Of a stretch of DNA of 64,000 nucleotides, positions 1 to 12,960 are shown piece after piece. Source of the stretch: Callorhinchus milii. Lineage: Eukaryota. Where the stretch lies: assembly GCF_018977255.1 (NCBI RefSeq), contig NW_024704742.1, positions 31,808,001-31,872,000 on the forward strand, read 5' to 3'. Position 1 is the stretch's first letter; each line of letters starts with the position of its first letter. A model generated the notes under the pieces. It worked only from the letters and a program-made list of their open reading frames with translations, did no database searches and was not told where the DNA came from. The position numbers and the translations under genes were made by a program.

Positions 1-999
1 ATAAGACAACATTTTGAACATCCTCCTCTAAAACCGCTGGGGACAAAATTAAAAGGATAAATTTATGAGTTATGGGATTGAGAGGACCGGGGTGACCCTG
101 TGGCAGACATGAACCAATCACCAGAATAACGTAAGAAACGCAATTGGAAATTGTCATGTGCATGGTTTATTTGGTGCCTGGTTAGAGAATTGGTTACGCT
201 AAGGAATGACATCTACTGCTTTGCGATGTCTGCTGGTGGGATGTCCTCCCGACGCGAAAGGCAATGTAAAAATGTAATGTATTATTGTTGTTGCTTGCTC
301 CATGACTAATTTATTAGCATTAAATTATTATTGCTGCCTTTTCAACTGCCACAAGGTGTGCGTCAGAATTGTTTCATCCAGCAGAAAGGATTTTACTGTG
401 TTTTTCAACCGCTCAGTAACCTAGCATTCCATCCTGCATATTCCTTTAAACAAGTTTAATTTTTCTTAATGGCAGGTTGTCACTGTGAAACAGTTTCCTG
501 TTTCATGTATTATCTTTAATTACAGGCAATTTGAGTCACCCAAGCTGATTAAAAATGGCCTCTTCCACTTTTCAAAACAACATCAAATGGCAATATCATT
601 AGCATTTTAAGTATTCACGGCTTTCTTCTACCCTCTCCCCTCTGCCCCCCCACCCCCGCACCCTGCAACACTCTATTACAAAATGTGAGCAAACTCAATT
701 CTTGTACTGTGACTTGAGGAACTTCAAATAACAGAAAAAAATCTGGCTTTTGAAGAATGTAATTGTACTTTTGGGGGCAGAAGGTTTTGGGCAGTGTTTT
801 GGGATAGTGAGTTTTTTCCATTTAGTTTGTCGAATATCCGAATGTAAATATCAACTTAATTTCTGCTTATGGCTTCCATTCCACGTAGCATGTGTCTCTA
901 ATAGGCATCGTCAATTTTTGGCTTACAATCCTAATATTTCTAATTGAAATGATTGGATCTTTGGAAATTCCCAATTACACAATCCACAAAATCCAATTG

Positions 1000-1410
1000 A
1001 TGCAATATTTCATAGCCCATATCTTCACCCAGACCGGACGCTGTACTACCCTCACCCAAGTCCTTGCCAGGTTCCACTAGCTTCTTATCTCCAAATGGAT
1101 CAACTTCAAGATCCTCATATAAATCCCTCCGCATCTTAGCACATCAATATCTCTCTGATATGCTCATACCCTATTCCTCAGCTCACCCCCCATTGCTACG
1201 CTAACACAGTCCTGTCATATGTCTTCTGCATATCCGCCATTGATGGCTGTGCCATCAGTCACTATATCCTTAACCTTTCAAACCCCTTGCCTCTGTCTTT
1301 TTGCCCTTGCCCCATCTCTATCTCCCTTTAAATCCCTCTTCAATCATCACCTTCCTCTTCTTCTTCTCCCACATTCATTGCCCAATCCTTCCATTGTGAA
1401 ATGCTCTGAA
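1000..1410 (+). mobile_element. Degraded L2 LINE 3' fragment
   Basis: C/T-rich, with recognisable similarity to the 3' part of the L2 at 29602-31624 (e.g. ttcaagatcctc..., gatggctgtgccatcagtc). Confidence 0.55.
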
Positions 1411-1424
1411 TTATTAGGTTAAAA

Positions 1425-1655
1425 AAATCTTTGCATTTGATCATGTTGAGGGGATGTCTCAAGCACTTCACAGGATTTTACTATGAAGTGTAGCAATCTG
1501 GATTTGTAGGCAAATGTGGCAGCCCAATTGTGCACAGCAATGTCCCACAAACAGGCATGAAACAAATAATTAATTTTATTTGGAGGATTTTTGGCCAGGA
1601 CACCAGAATAAACTTCTCTTTTCAAATAGTGCCATGGGATTATTAACTTTAAACT
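1425..1655 (-). mobile_element. Old Deu-domain SINE, partial
   Basis: Reverse complement of atcccatggcactatttgaaaagagaag...gtcctggccaa...tgtttgtgggacattgctgtgcacaa and L2-type tail. Confidence 0.75.
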
Positions 1656-1899
1656 GAAGCTTTTATGAGGGAATTCTATCTTTGAAATTCTTCAACTGGT
1701 AATGGTCTGTTTCATGGCCCATATTTTCTGTTACTTCTATCTGATGGCCTGAGCATCTTTTATCTGGTCAGGTGTCAGATATAAGTTTCTGACACACACA
1801 GAAAACATCACCATGTAAAGTATAAATACGTAAACAAACAAAAAGGCAAATAAATAAATAAATAAACAAATGAATACATAGAGAGACAGACAAACACAC

Positions 1900-2060
<161 letters not shown>

Positions 2061-2293
2061 TTCCTTATATTTGATATAGTGTATTTCATGTCAGAAGGCC
2101 ATCTCAAAGCACTTCACATGATTTATTGTAATGAGATTAGGATGGATGGCTTCTCGGAGGAGAAAATGCTGATACAAAATAATGGGCTGAATGTTCTCTT
2201 AGTGTGTGGTACAATTTTGTTGGTTCTGTAATTCTATATCTGAAGCCTCAAGAGGCTATGTGAAATAGGAGCTTTAATTATCCTCTTTCAGTC

Positions 2294-2736
2294 TGTTAGC
2301 CTGGCACAATGGTAGCACTCTTGCATCTGATTCAGAAGGCTGTGGATTCAACCAACACGTTGGGACTTAAATTCATATAGTTTAAGATGACACTCCAATT
2401 CAGTTCTGGGGGTGTTGGAGGTATTGCATTGCTGGAGGTGCAGTCCTTCAGATGAGACATTAAACCCGGTCCTGTCTGCCTGGGCAGATGTACATTAAAG
2501 ATTCAATGGCACTATTTGAAAAGAGAAGGGAATTTCTCCAGGTGTCCTGGCCAACAATCCCCCAAATAAAATTGGTCATTCACTTATTGTTGTTTGTGGG
2601 ACACTGCTGTGCACAAATTAGCTCCACAAATACACAGTAACTATGCTTTACAGTATATCTTGTGAAAAGCTTTGCGATATCCCCCTGATGTGAAAGGCAT
2701 TATCCCAAATATAAAGATTATTATGATGATTATTAT
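2294..2736 (+). mobile_element. Old tRNA-derived Deu-domain SINE (SacSINE1/AmnSINE1-like), near full length
   Basis: tRNA-like head (ctggcacaatggtagcactcttgcatctgattcagaagg), Deu core (cagatgagacattaaacc...aatggcactatttgaaaagagaagggaa...gtcctggccaac...tgtttgtgggacactgctgtgcacaaatt), L2-type tail. Confidence 0.8.
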
Positions 2737-3046
2737 AACATTTCTGCACTTTATTCCAAATGATATATTTCAAGCGATTGTTTGAATGTTTCAAGCAGGG
2801 CTCACTGCCTGGTTTTGACTATCGATGAACAAGGAAGAAAAGTAGCTTGATTATTCTAACAGCAGATAGAAAAGGATCATGAATATTAAGGGAAGATTGA
2901 TTGGATTAATACAAGCCGTCTAAACCATCTGAAAATAGTTAATTGTCTCTGAGTAACGTTAAGGCAATTTTGAATTATTGTATTCAAAAAAGACATGTGA
3001 TCTCCAACAACAACTTTCAAACTGAAGAGAATGTAATTTATTCTAC

Positions 3047-3680
3047 AACAACACAACAAAATTACATTTGTATAGCACCTTTCACGTTCGGAGGGCGTCC
3101 CAAGGCGCTGGACAGTCAGTGTTTCAGACCTAACTGGGGGTCGGGATTGGGGAGGCTGGAAGACAGGTGGGGAAGGAAAGTAATCGAAAGCACTGTTGAA
3201 GAGGAGGGTCTTGAGATGGGTCTTGAAGGTGGCAAGGGAGGGGGCGAGATGGAGGGGCAATGGGATGGAGTTCCAAAGGGTGGGGACAGAGTGGCAGACG
3301 GCCCGCCCGCTAATGGTGAGGGGACGTTAGGAGGTCGGAGAGGTAGGGGGGAGCAAGGCCATGGAGGGCTTTGAAGGTGAGGACCAGGATCTTGAACCGT
3401 ATCCTCAGTGTGATGGGAAGCCAGTGGAGTTGGGTGAGGATGGGGGCGATAGGGTCATGAAGCCTGGTGCGAGAGAGGACATGGGTTGCAGAATTCTGGA
3501 TGATCTACAGCCGATGGAGGGAGGAGTTGGGGAGGCCGACAAGCAAGGAGTTTGCATAGGCAAGCCTGGATGTTATGAAGGTGTGTATGAGGGTTTCGGT
3601 GGCCTGCAGTGTGAGACAGTGGCAGAGCCGGGCGATGTTGCGGAGGTGGGGGAAGGCAGAACGGGTCATGGCACCGTTGT
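3047..3680 (-). mobile_element. L2 LINE 3' fragment with internal deletion
   Basis: (CAA)-rich tail plus stem-loop; translation LATFKTHLKTLLF matches the L2 ORF2 C-terminus [12 protein letters not shown]. Confidence 0.85.
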
Positions 3681-5435
3681 ATTATCAGGTTAAATATTTC
3701 TGTATTTTTTAAATACTCTTAAATACTTAAAATGTACAACTCCCCAACAACCCAGTTTGCACAGTCTTGATGGGGATAGACAGTGATTACAGTTCATGCC
3801 TATAATGCTCACTGGTAGCCTACAATATACAGCAAGATGTGTAGACTACTGGTGGGCTGTTTTCTTTGCTCTTTTATTCAACTATACTGTTTTTTTATAC
3901 ACTAGATTAAGTTGCTTTTATATTAATGTTTGCCCACAAAAACACACACAGTTACACCCCTTTGGAAGGTATCCTTTGAAGTATGTTGTGATAAGGTGCT
4001 ATATCAAGTGGAAGAACTACTTAATGTTTAAACTTCCAGCCCTAACAGTGTAGAGATCTTGAGCGTGAAGCTGGGTTCGTTCTGCCCTTTCTTTTTCACA
4101 TCGCTTTCAATCAGATCAAAGTGAGAAGGATGACCTGATTTGCCATTTCTGACCAAGATTCGAGGTACTGGTTCTTTAAATAATGTTAAATTTACTCTGT
4201 TCAAAGTTCTCTGCTCGTCCAAGGTACAGCTCATCCAAGAGCAGGAAAAAGGAAAGAAGAGGAGGGAAGCAAGCTGAGCATTGCTCCTGGTGCCACCTCT
4301 TTCCAGGCAGTGCTGTTTGACATTTGGAGACCTCATTTTATACTGCATATTTAGCGGCAAATTGCAGCCTTAATGGCACAGATTTGCTGCCAAACATACA
4401 GTTTGAATAACAAACAAAAATGTTGCATGAGAAATGAAAACAAAGAGTCAGCAAGATCTTTCGAAATAATCAGAGCGACAGAATGAAGTCATAAATAATC
4501 TCCAGATGCATTAAGAAGCATTATTTGGAAATACATGGGAAATCAAAGAGAAGCATGGACTAGATTTCATGGGAATCAGTCAGTTATTAATGTGAGTGTT
4601 AGACCGTTTTTACGTTGTGGTTCTGCAGTCTCAAAGTCTGGCTCAAATGAGAAGCTGGTGTTTTTACATGGCCTTCAGTTATACAGAGATGGCCTGCCAC
4701 AAATAGGGCTCAGACCATGCATGAACCAAAATTGCTCTTGAGGGATCTGTGCTCCTGAAATAACAGTAATGTTGGGCTAGGACACACTCCTGGAATTCAG
4801 GCAATTGAGCCCCTGACTACGTTTTGCTCACAGAATTCACAGTCACTGCACTATGGTACAGTATATCCTGTGAAGCACTTTGAGACGCCTCGATGATGTG
4901 AAAAGTGCTATATAAAATGTAACAATTATTATTATTAGTGAATTGTAAATCAGAAAAAAGGTACAATGGTGGAATGCATGTGCTATCTTATCATGTTATA
5001 AAGCTATGTAATGATAACTGGATGTTCACGAGTGCGTCTGGGTCAACTGGTGACTTTTCACTATCGGATCCCCTATATCGGGAGTTGGGGAACCAAAATT
5101 AGGAAAAACAGATATACAATACTAATTGAGGCTGGTTTCTCCCCCCCATCCCCATAAACAAACAGATAGTCGGACATCATATGGAACACCTATTTGCTCA
5201 GTGCTAACTATACAAGTGTTCCACCAGAAGCTGTACTGTTACTGTACTGTTACTATAGCACCACACTGTACCAGCTACGACTGACCTTCACACTAAGGCA
5301 AAATTCAGTAGTGCACATGTGCAAAGTTGCAACTCTCTGCTTCTGCACAACCTTTTGACAACAACAACAGATTGCATTTTTATAGTGCCATTCACATCGG
5401 GAGGACATCCCAAGGCATCAGAGCCCAATGCTTGT

Positions 5436-5745
5436 GAAATCCTGTAGCTCAGTGTTTAGAGCACTTGCCTCACAAGCGAGAGACCAGGGTTAATTTCCCA
5501 GCAGGGCAAAACCTTGGGCAAGTTTTCTTACTCCATACGCCTGATAATAATCCCTCGAAAAAAAATAATAATTTGATCTCAATCCACGACTGTTTGTGGG
5601 ACACTGCTGTGTGCAATTGGCTGCCGCGTTTCGCCCACAAAATATGCAGTCATTCACTTTACAGTATATTCTGTGAAGCGCTTTGAGACGTCTTGAAGAC
5701 GTGAAAAGTGTTATATCAAATGTAAGGATTATTTATTTATATTAT
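5436..5745 (+). mobile_element. tRNA(Ala)-headed SINE, short variant
   Basis: A-box tagctcagtg, 3' Deu segment, L2-type tail, (TTA)-rich end. Confidence 0.85.
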
Positions 5746-6046
5746 AGTAAACAGGCACACCTGTCGAGGCTACCGGCGTTCTACCGCAGTTGCCTTTGGA
5801 GCCAGACTTGTCTCACAAATACATTCATAGTGTACAAGCAGTGTTGAAGAAGTATGGGTAATAAATTCCTTCTGCATCAAAATATTTTCTATATTCTCAA
5901 AGCATCCAAAATTTTGCAAATTCTTATATGATGCCTTGATTTTGAAACTAGTTCATTGTAAAATACTCCATAAATCTAGACCCAGGTGGAATTTCTCCCC
6001 TTATGCAGACGAGAGAGCCAAACTCTAGCTATTGGCAAAGCAGATC

Positions 6047-6372
6047 GGAGTCCTGTAGCTCAGTGGTTAAAGCACTCGCCTTGCAAGCAAGACACCTGGG
6101 TTCAATTCCAGGCAGGGCGAAACCTTGGGCAAGTTACCTTACTCCACGCGCCTAATAATAATCCCTCCAAAACAAACAAAAAAATAAATTAGTCATTTTC
6201 AATCCATGACTGTTTGTGAGATACTGCTGTGCGGCAATTGGCTGACGCGTTTCGCCCACAAATATACGATCAATTCACTTTACAGTCTATTCTGTGAAGA
6301 GCTTTGAGATGTTGAGAAGACGTGAAAAGCGCTATATCAAATGCAAGGATTATTATTATATTATATTATTAT
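6047..6372 (+). mobile_element. tRNA(Ala)-headed SINE, short variant
   Basis: ggagtcctgtagctcagtgg head, B-box gttcaattcc, (TTA)n tail. Confidence 0.9.
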
Positions 6373-6429
6373 CGAAAGAAATTGCTTTCAGATTTCATCA
6401 TAAATAATCCAGTTGGATTCCTTGGCTGG

Positions 6430-7385
6430 TTGGGTAGAAAGACAATGATGGTTCAGGAAATGGCAGATGTGTTAAATGAAGTCTTCACATCAGGCTGCAC
6501 GAATAAAGACAAAACAAATTTCACATCCAGTCAAAATGGTTTGAGAATTGATAACATATGTGAAGGTCTGTAAAGCATGTGTTATCAAGAAGCTCAAAGC
6601 TCTAAATTGCCAGCTGGAATCCTCAAAGAAATGAATAAAGCAATAGGTGAGACTCTGGCAGTATTCTCAGGGGTTCTATCATTACAGGGGTGGACCTGAA
6701 GACTATATGATAGCAAATGTCATTCTGCTGTTCAATAAAAGTCAGACACAAGTCAGGAAATTATATGTAGTTCGTCAGCAGCGGTCCTGGGAAAAATCCT
6801 CTAAAGCAATTTATGGGGCACTATCAATTCATCTAAAGAGCTTATAGACCCTAAAGAATAGTTGGAATAGTTTCAGAAGCAATAAGTCATGCTTCACAAA
6901 TGTACTCCAGAGCCTTTTAATGGAAGATAAAGGTACCCGGAATTAATGGCCAGGACTGAAAATCGGGCAAGGGCTGGTGCAGTATTTTGCAGTAGCAAAC
7001 AAGGCAAACAGGATGTTGGGCTATACTGCTGGCAGTTGAGTTTAAAATCTCCATATGTCATTCTCAGGCTGTTCATTGCTCTGGTCAGACCGCACCTTAA
7101 ATATTACTTACAGTTCTGGTCACTGCAACATCCAGGTCTTAATGGCAATGCAGAATAGAATAACGAGACGATGCCCAGTGTTAGAGATATAAGCTACAAG
7201 CAACGTCTAGACAGGCTATGGCTCTTCAGTCTTGAGAGAAGACAACTCCCAGGGGACCTTATGTGGAGGGGGGTATAACATTTTAAATGGAATTGAAAAA
7301 GTAAACCCAGAATAATACTTCAGAATGTATCATAGGTTTAGAGTTGTAAAGGGCATTTTCAGGACAGATACCAGGACATTTTTCT
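6430..7385 (+). mobile_element. Degraded CR1 LINE fragment
   Basis: Translations EMADVLNEVFTS and ALVRPHLKYYLQFWS resemble CR1 ORF2 (EMAESLNKYFAS, ALVRPHLEYYVQFW in the 23-25 kb copy). Confidence 0.8.
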
Positions 7386-7429
7386 TTAAAAAGTGGGGGA
7401 GAGGAGGGGCGAGGTAAACAGGGTCTTCT

Positions 7430-7782
7430 TGGGGTTGAGTTGGCTCCAAAGTTGTCTGGCTGGCAATGGAAATCAGAATCAAGTTGATTTTCTGCAGTGG
7501 TCTCAGTAGCCAAGGGAGTCGGAGTATTCCAAGGCATTATTGATAACAGACCAGTCAGCCTGACTTGTCAATGGGACTTGGTGTTTGGTGTTCAATATGT
7601 TCTCCAGGATGCTACCCCATGTGAAGGATGCTATAGAAATACAAGTTGTTGTTGTTGTTGGTGGTGGTGGTGGAGACCAGTCACCGTGGGAGGCAGGGAT
7701 TCTTCTCACTCAGCTCCTATTAACCCTGCAAGCCAAAGCCTCAATGAGTAAGGTGGTCCTCTCTGGGCAAGCAGCAGGAAGC
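7430..7782 (+). repeat. Unclassified interspersed repeat family X, with an L2 tail inserted at ~7580-7670
   Basis: Aligns by eye to the reverse complement of 12437-12960 (gtggtctcagtag..., ctcagctcctattaaccctgcaagccaaagcc...ggtggtcct). Confidence 0.65.
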
Positions 7783-9009
7783 AAAACAACAACACAAACA
7801 ACAACCAATTAATCTGAGGGATTTGTGAGAAGCTGCCTGCCTTTTCTTGATGAATGAAGCCTTGGATCTATAATGTCTACTTAAACAGGCAGGGGGATCT
7901 GAGATGATACCTGCAACAATGGAGCCCTCCCCGAGCACTGCACCAGATTGTCAGCCTGGATTGTGAGCTCAGGTTCCAACGGGGAAATGGGACAGGATGA
8001 AGGAGGAAAGAGTGCACAACCCTCTGACTTGGAGACAAATGATACTGACTGGAATAAGCTCATCAGGGAGGTCTCTTCCAGAATAAGAAAGTTGGAGCTT
8101 GCATCTTAGAAAGAACTACTTTGTAGTTGCTGCCAATCCTTTGGATCCCACCCTGCAATGTTAATGGAGGGGTATCCCAACTCCTGGAGTATCGGGGTAG
8201 TCAGAGCTGGTACTCTGAAGTATCCTGCAAGATAAAAGGTGCAGTGCAGTTGTCAGGAAAGGGAAACTTTCAGCCTATCACCTACAAATCCAGGCCTTAG
8301 AGGTGAAAAGGCAGCGATGATGACCCACTGTCCCACCCATGTTCTGCAGGAAAGAAGGAACATTTGGTCAGAACAGGCTCTGATTGATAGGTAAAAAAAG
8401 GTTTAGGAACACATCTCAGAGGTCGGTTCTAAACGTATGGCTTCTCACCACCTTCCTGCTCTGTAGTGTCGCTGTCCTGACTGGGATTCATTTCCAGTCC
8501 ACAGTCCACAGGAGGGAGCCTTGAGCAAAGACTTCAACAGTAAAGGTAAATACTTCCCAGGGAGTTGGAAACAGCATTAAAGGAAAGCTGGGGCCAATAT
8601 GAATGAGAGTGAGGAAGATTCATTGACTGACTGTCACTTTCACTCACTTTCACATACTCTAGATGTACTGCAGTGAAATGAGCTCCAGTCTGGTTTCTAT
8701 TTTCTACTCAGTGTTTATTTTTAAATAAAGCAAACAATTTTGTACTCTGTGGTGTCCCCAACAAAAATGCTAAAGTATTGTACTTTTTTTCTTCATAGTA
8801 TTCTTGTTCCCAATTCTGATTTGCACTTATTTCTGATTGCTGCATCCCGTACTCCTGAACTACACAAAAAAAGCAAAATTTAGCAGAATATTTTGCATAT
8901 TCCAATTCCTTGACTGCCCAGTGCCTTGGGATGTCCTCCTGACGTGAAAGGTGCTATACAAATGTAATAGGTTGTTTTTGTTGTTGCATTCTTTGCTGCC
9001 TTCACCTTT

Positions 9010-9380
9010 GGAGTCCTGTAGCTTAGTGGTTGGAGCACTCACCTCGCAAGCGAGAGGACCAGGGTTCGATTCCCGGGCAGGGTGAAACGTTACGCAAGTT
9101 TCCTTACTTCAAAACCACTGTTTACCAAGCAGTAAGTAGGAACTTGGTTATTAGGCACTTGGTGGATCACTTTCCAGGGGTAACAATCATTTTTTTTAAA
9201 AAATCATAATAATTTGGTCACTCAATCCACGACTGCTTGTAGGATACTACTATGCGGAATTGGTTGCCGCGTTTCAACCACAAAATACAAAGTCAATTCA
9301 CTTTACAGTATATTCTGTGAAGCACTTTGATAAATCTCAACAATATGATAAGGCACAATATCAAATGCAATTATTATTAT
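9010..9380 (+). mobile_element. tRNA(Ala)-headed SINE, long variant
   Basis: Same head plus extra ctgtttacc-agcagtaagtaggaac segment. Confidence 0.88.
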
Positions 9381-9580
9381 AGAGGATTATTACGTATATT
9401 TTTGCTGATTACAGTAAAACAAAATAATGTGGGTGCTGGATTTTGTCTGATACACATTAGCTTTGTTATTGAACATTTGAAAAAAATCACATTAGTTTTG
9501 ACACTCATTTATACATACAAATGTTAACCCTGCATATAGCACTTACAATAAACTTCTTCCCTCAGGAGTCTCACTAATGA

Positions 9581-9991
9581 ATAAATAATCCTTCCATTTG
9601 TTATAATGTCTTTCACATAATGAGATGTATCAAAGTGCTTCACAGGATTCACTGTGTATTTTGTAGGCAAACGCAGCAGCAAACTTGCACGTAGGAATAT
9701 CCCACCAATGGCCATCAAGCGAATGGCCAACTGTATGTGAGGGATTATTGGCCAGGACACCAGGAGAAACTTCTTTCTCATTTCAAATCGTGCCACGGAA
9801 TCTGTAACATCCACCTGAACAGGGAGACAGGACCTCAGTTTAACATCTCGCATGAAGGACGGCAGCTTCAATGGTACAGCATCCCCAGTGTCAGCTTTTC
9901 TAGGCCATATGAGTTCAAAGTCCTGACTTGGGGCTGGAATCCACAACCGTCTGACTCAGAGGCAAGAGTGATCCTGACTGAGCTAGGCTGT
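9581..9991 (-). mobile_element. Old Deu-domain SINE, near full length
   Basis: Reverse-complement match to 2294-2736 across head, Deu core and tail. Confidence 0.8.
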
Positions 9992-10851
9992 ATTTTCTGA
10001 TTTTTTTTGATTTTTTGATTTCTTCCAGATTTTCAGCATTCAGTTAATTGTTTGTTTCTTTACTAAAGGATTGCACAGGTTCGGAAGTGGCGCTTGCATA
10101 ACTGACACTGAGTGTTATAATGGGTTTCAAAGCTGGGGCGCTCAGTGGAGTGAGTGAGGAGGGAGACAATGAATGGAGTGACTGCTCACTAATGCTTGCA
10201 TATCTGACTCCTGTCTGAGATTTCCTTTATTCCATGAATAGCCTTGTAACACCCATCTCAGCGTTTCACAATCTGTTAATGATTAATAATGTGTATGTAG
10301 TTAGTGGTTTCAGGTTTTTAACATCTTCTGAATGTCTTAGTTTGCTTAATCTGGTTCTAATTGCCCATCTAAATCCCCCAGCCCAACCATCCCAGTTCTG
10401 GTGATGATTCACTCTCGAAACATTAGCCTACATTTCTTCTTCAGGTCGATCAGACGTTGACCACTAACAAAACAATCTCTCTGCTATGGATTCATAATTG
10501 GAATCTCCCCTTGCTTATGAAAATGATTGCTGATGACAGGCCCCACTCATTGGTAGTAGTCGATGTATTTTGAGCGAATTCTGTTGTTTTTCATCCTAAT
10601 TGCTATTTCTTGTTCCAATTGTGACCTGTAAAATGTTTTGAAGATTGTTGAATTTAGTCTTGAGGTTGTTTTCCATTATTCGTAAAATGAACTGCAGTAA
10701 AATCGCTACAGAATTTGTGTCAAAATTCTGCACAATCTTAGGTTTTGAGGTTTTTTAGTTTTAAGGCTAAGACCATGAGCCATTTTGAGTAGTAAACTAA
10801 AGCATGCCCAGGCAACAAATGTGACCTGCAGTGTCAAAGGAAGGAACTATG

Positions 10852-11180
10852 ATAATAATAATCCTTGCATATGATATAGCGCCTTATCACGCCATTGAGA
10901 CATCTCAAAGCACTTCACTGAATATACCGTCAAGTGAATTGGACTGTGTATTTTTGGGGCAAAAGGCGACAGCCAATTGCGCACAGCAGTGGCCCACAAA
11001 CAGTTGTGGATTGAGTGACCGTATTATCCGCCAATTAACAAACAACCGGGATCCGACTTACTGCTAGGTAAATAGAGGCGTGGATTAAGGAAACTTGCCT
11101 AAGGTTTCGCCCTCCCCGGGAATCAAACCTGGGTCCTTTCGCTTGTGAGGCAAGTACTCTAACCACTTTGCTACTGGACT
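10852..11180 (-). mobile_element. tRNA(Ala)-headed SINE, long variant
   Basis: Reverse complement of head, extra segment and tail. Confidence 0.85.
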
Positions 11181-11721
11181 ATGAGCAATGAGTGGACAAG
11201 CGGGTGCTCTTCAATTATGAAAGGAGACATCTCAGAGCACACCTTACAGTAAACTCAGAACAACACTTTTGAATGTACTGAGATACCAGAATGATAGGGT
11301 AGAGGCTGCAAAGGGCAACATCCGGACAGACACCAGGAAATATATCTTTACCTAGAGAGTGTTAATGACTGGAAGTGGCTATCAGAAATGCTAGGCTCAT
11401 TTACAAAAACAATGTAATGCTGTGATGGGATGATGGGAGAGTGATGGATGTTGGGGGGCATGTGTTTCATGTTTTCCCTGGTAAAAAGAATCTCCTGTTC
11501 ATTTTCATTTTCAATCCCCTTTCACCCCTGACTACCCTTTTACCGCTGTAAGAAGGTTTCGGGCTTAAGTTTTACATTTACTGCTATGTCCCTTTCCAGT
11601 TTTCTCTTGGCTCCTGGAGTCTTTTTGTAACTTTTTTCTGTACAATCTTGAATTCAGCCCAATAGTCACCCTCTCTTTTCTCCCTACAAGTTTAATAGAT
11701 CTTCCTCTTCTTCTTTATAGT

Positions 11722-12080
11722 GGAGTCCTGTAGCGTATTGATTAGAGCTCTCACCTTGCAAGCAAGAGAACCCGGGTTTGATTCCCAAGCAAGGCGAAAC
11801 CTTAGGCAAATTTTCTTTCTCTACACGCCTCTGTTTACCTAGCAATAAGTAGAAACCCGGTTGATAGTTGATTGGTGTATCTCTTTCTGCGGGTAATAAT
11901 CCGTTTTTAAAAAAATTTGGTAATAAAATAATAAAACTAACTGCTGTGCTCAATCGGCTGCTGGGTTTCACCACAAAATATACAATCAATTCACTTTACA
12001 GTATATTCTGTGAAGTGCTCTGAGACGTCTCAATGATGTGAAAAAGGCGCTATAATCAATGCAAGGATTATTATTATTAT
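11722..12080 (+). mobile_element. tRNA(Ala)-headed SINE, long variant
   Basis: ggagtcctgtagcg head through aatgcaaggattattatt. Confidence 0.88.
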
Positions 12081-12436
12081 CAATTGATCGCCCTTTTTAT
12101 TTTTCTATTGATCCATTTTGGTTGCATTTTTGTTTATTATGCCCCAGCTGCACTTGGATGTTCCGCATGCATTTATCCTCAACTGAATAATATCTCCCAG
12201 TCTATGTATCTTAACTTAACTTTCATACCCCTGAAGCTTGCCCACCAACTAAAGTTGTACATCAGAGTTTAGTTATGTGCTGTTGCTTTTTCCCAAGTCA
12301 AGCTGAAGGTTATGGAGCTGTGTTCACTGTCCCCCAGTAGATCAACGACAATCACCCTTTGGCTATCCATATCTGGAATTTGAAATTAGTCAGACCGAGT
12401 CTGAAAAGAATTCTACTGATAAAATGTCATTCCTAG

Positions 12437-12960
12437 GAGCATCCAAACCACACTGAGAATTCCATACATCCCACCTAAACGTGAAAATCCCAGAGATAGA
12501 TTGTTGGAATGGAATGCGCACTCTCTCCCTGGAGGGACGCATTCATTTTACCTAATTCCGGAAAGTATTAAGCACAGGTTGGCAAGAACCAAGGCTTGGG
12601 GACCCCAGAGTGTGTGTTGGGGTTCTGCTGGAGTCTGACCAGCTAAAACCACATAGCTTGCCATTGATATTGCTGTCTGGCAAGCTTTCCCACTGCTTGT
12701 CCGGCTAGGACCACCCTACCTGTTAGGGCTTTAGCTTGCAGGATTAACATGAGCTGAGTGGGAGGATTCTCTACCCCTAGTGACTACTTGGCTCTAAATC
12801 CTGTCTATGAGCCAGGCTGGCTGTGCTATCATCAGCAGTGCCCTGGAATACTGTGGACCCTCCTGGGTAGAAATCAGACTACTGAGACCACCACAGAAGG
12901 TTGGCTCGATTCCGACATTTCATTGCCAAGCATGTCACCTTGGAGATAGATTCTACACCA
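12437..12960 (-). repeat. Unclassified interspersed repeat family X (longest copy)
   Basis: Shared blocks such as gaaagtattaagcacaggttggcaagaaccaaggcttggggaccccagagtgtg recur at 34297-34663, 53153-53410 and, inverted, at other loci. Confidence 0.75.

Noticed and set aside
8100..8225. Minus-strand exon after cttttatcttgcag
   Set aside because: Good acceptor, but all frames close soon and the peptide is unrecognised
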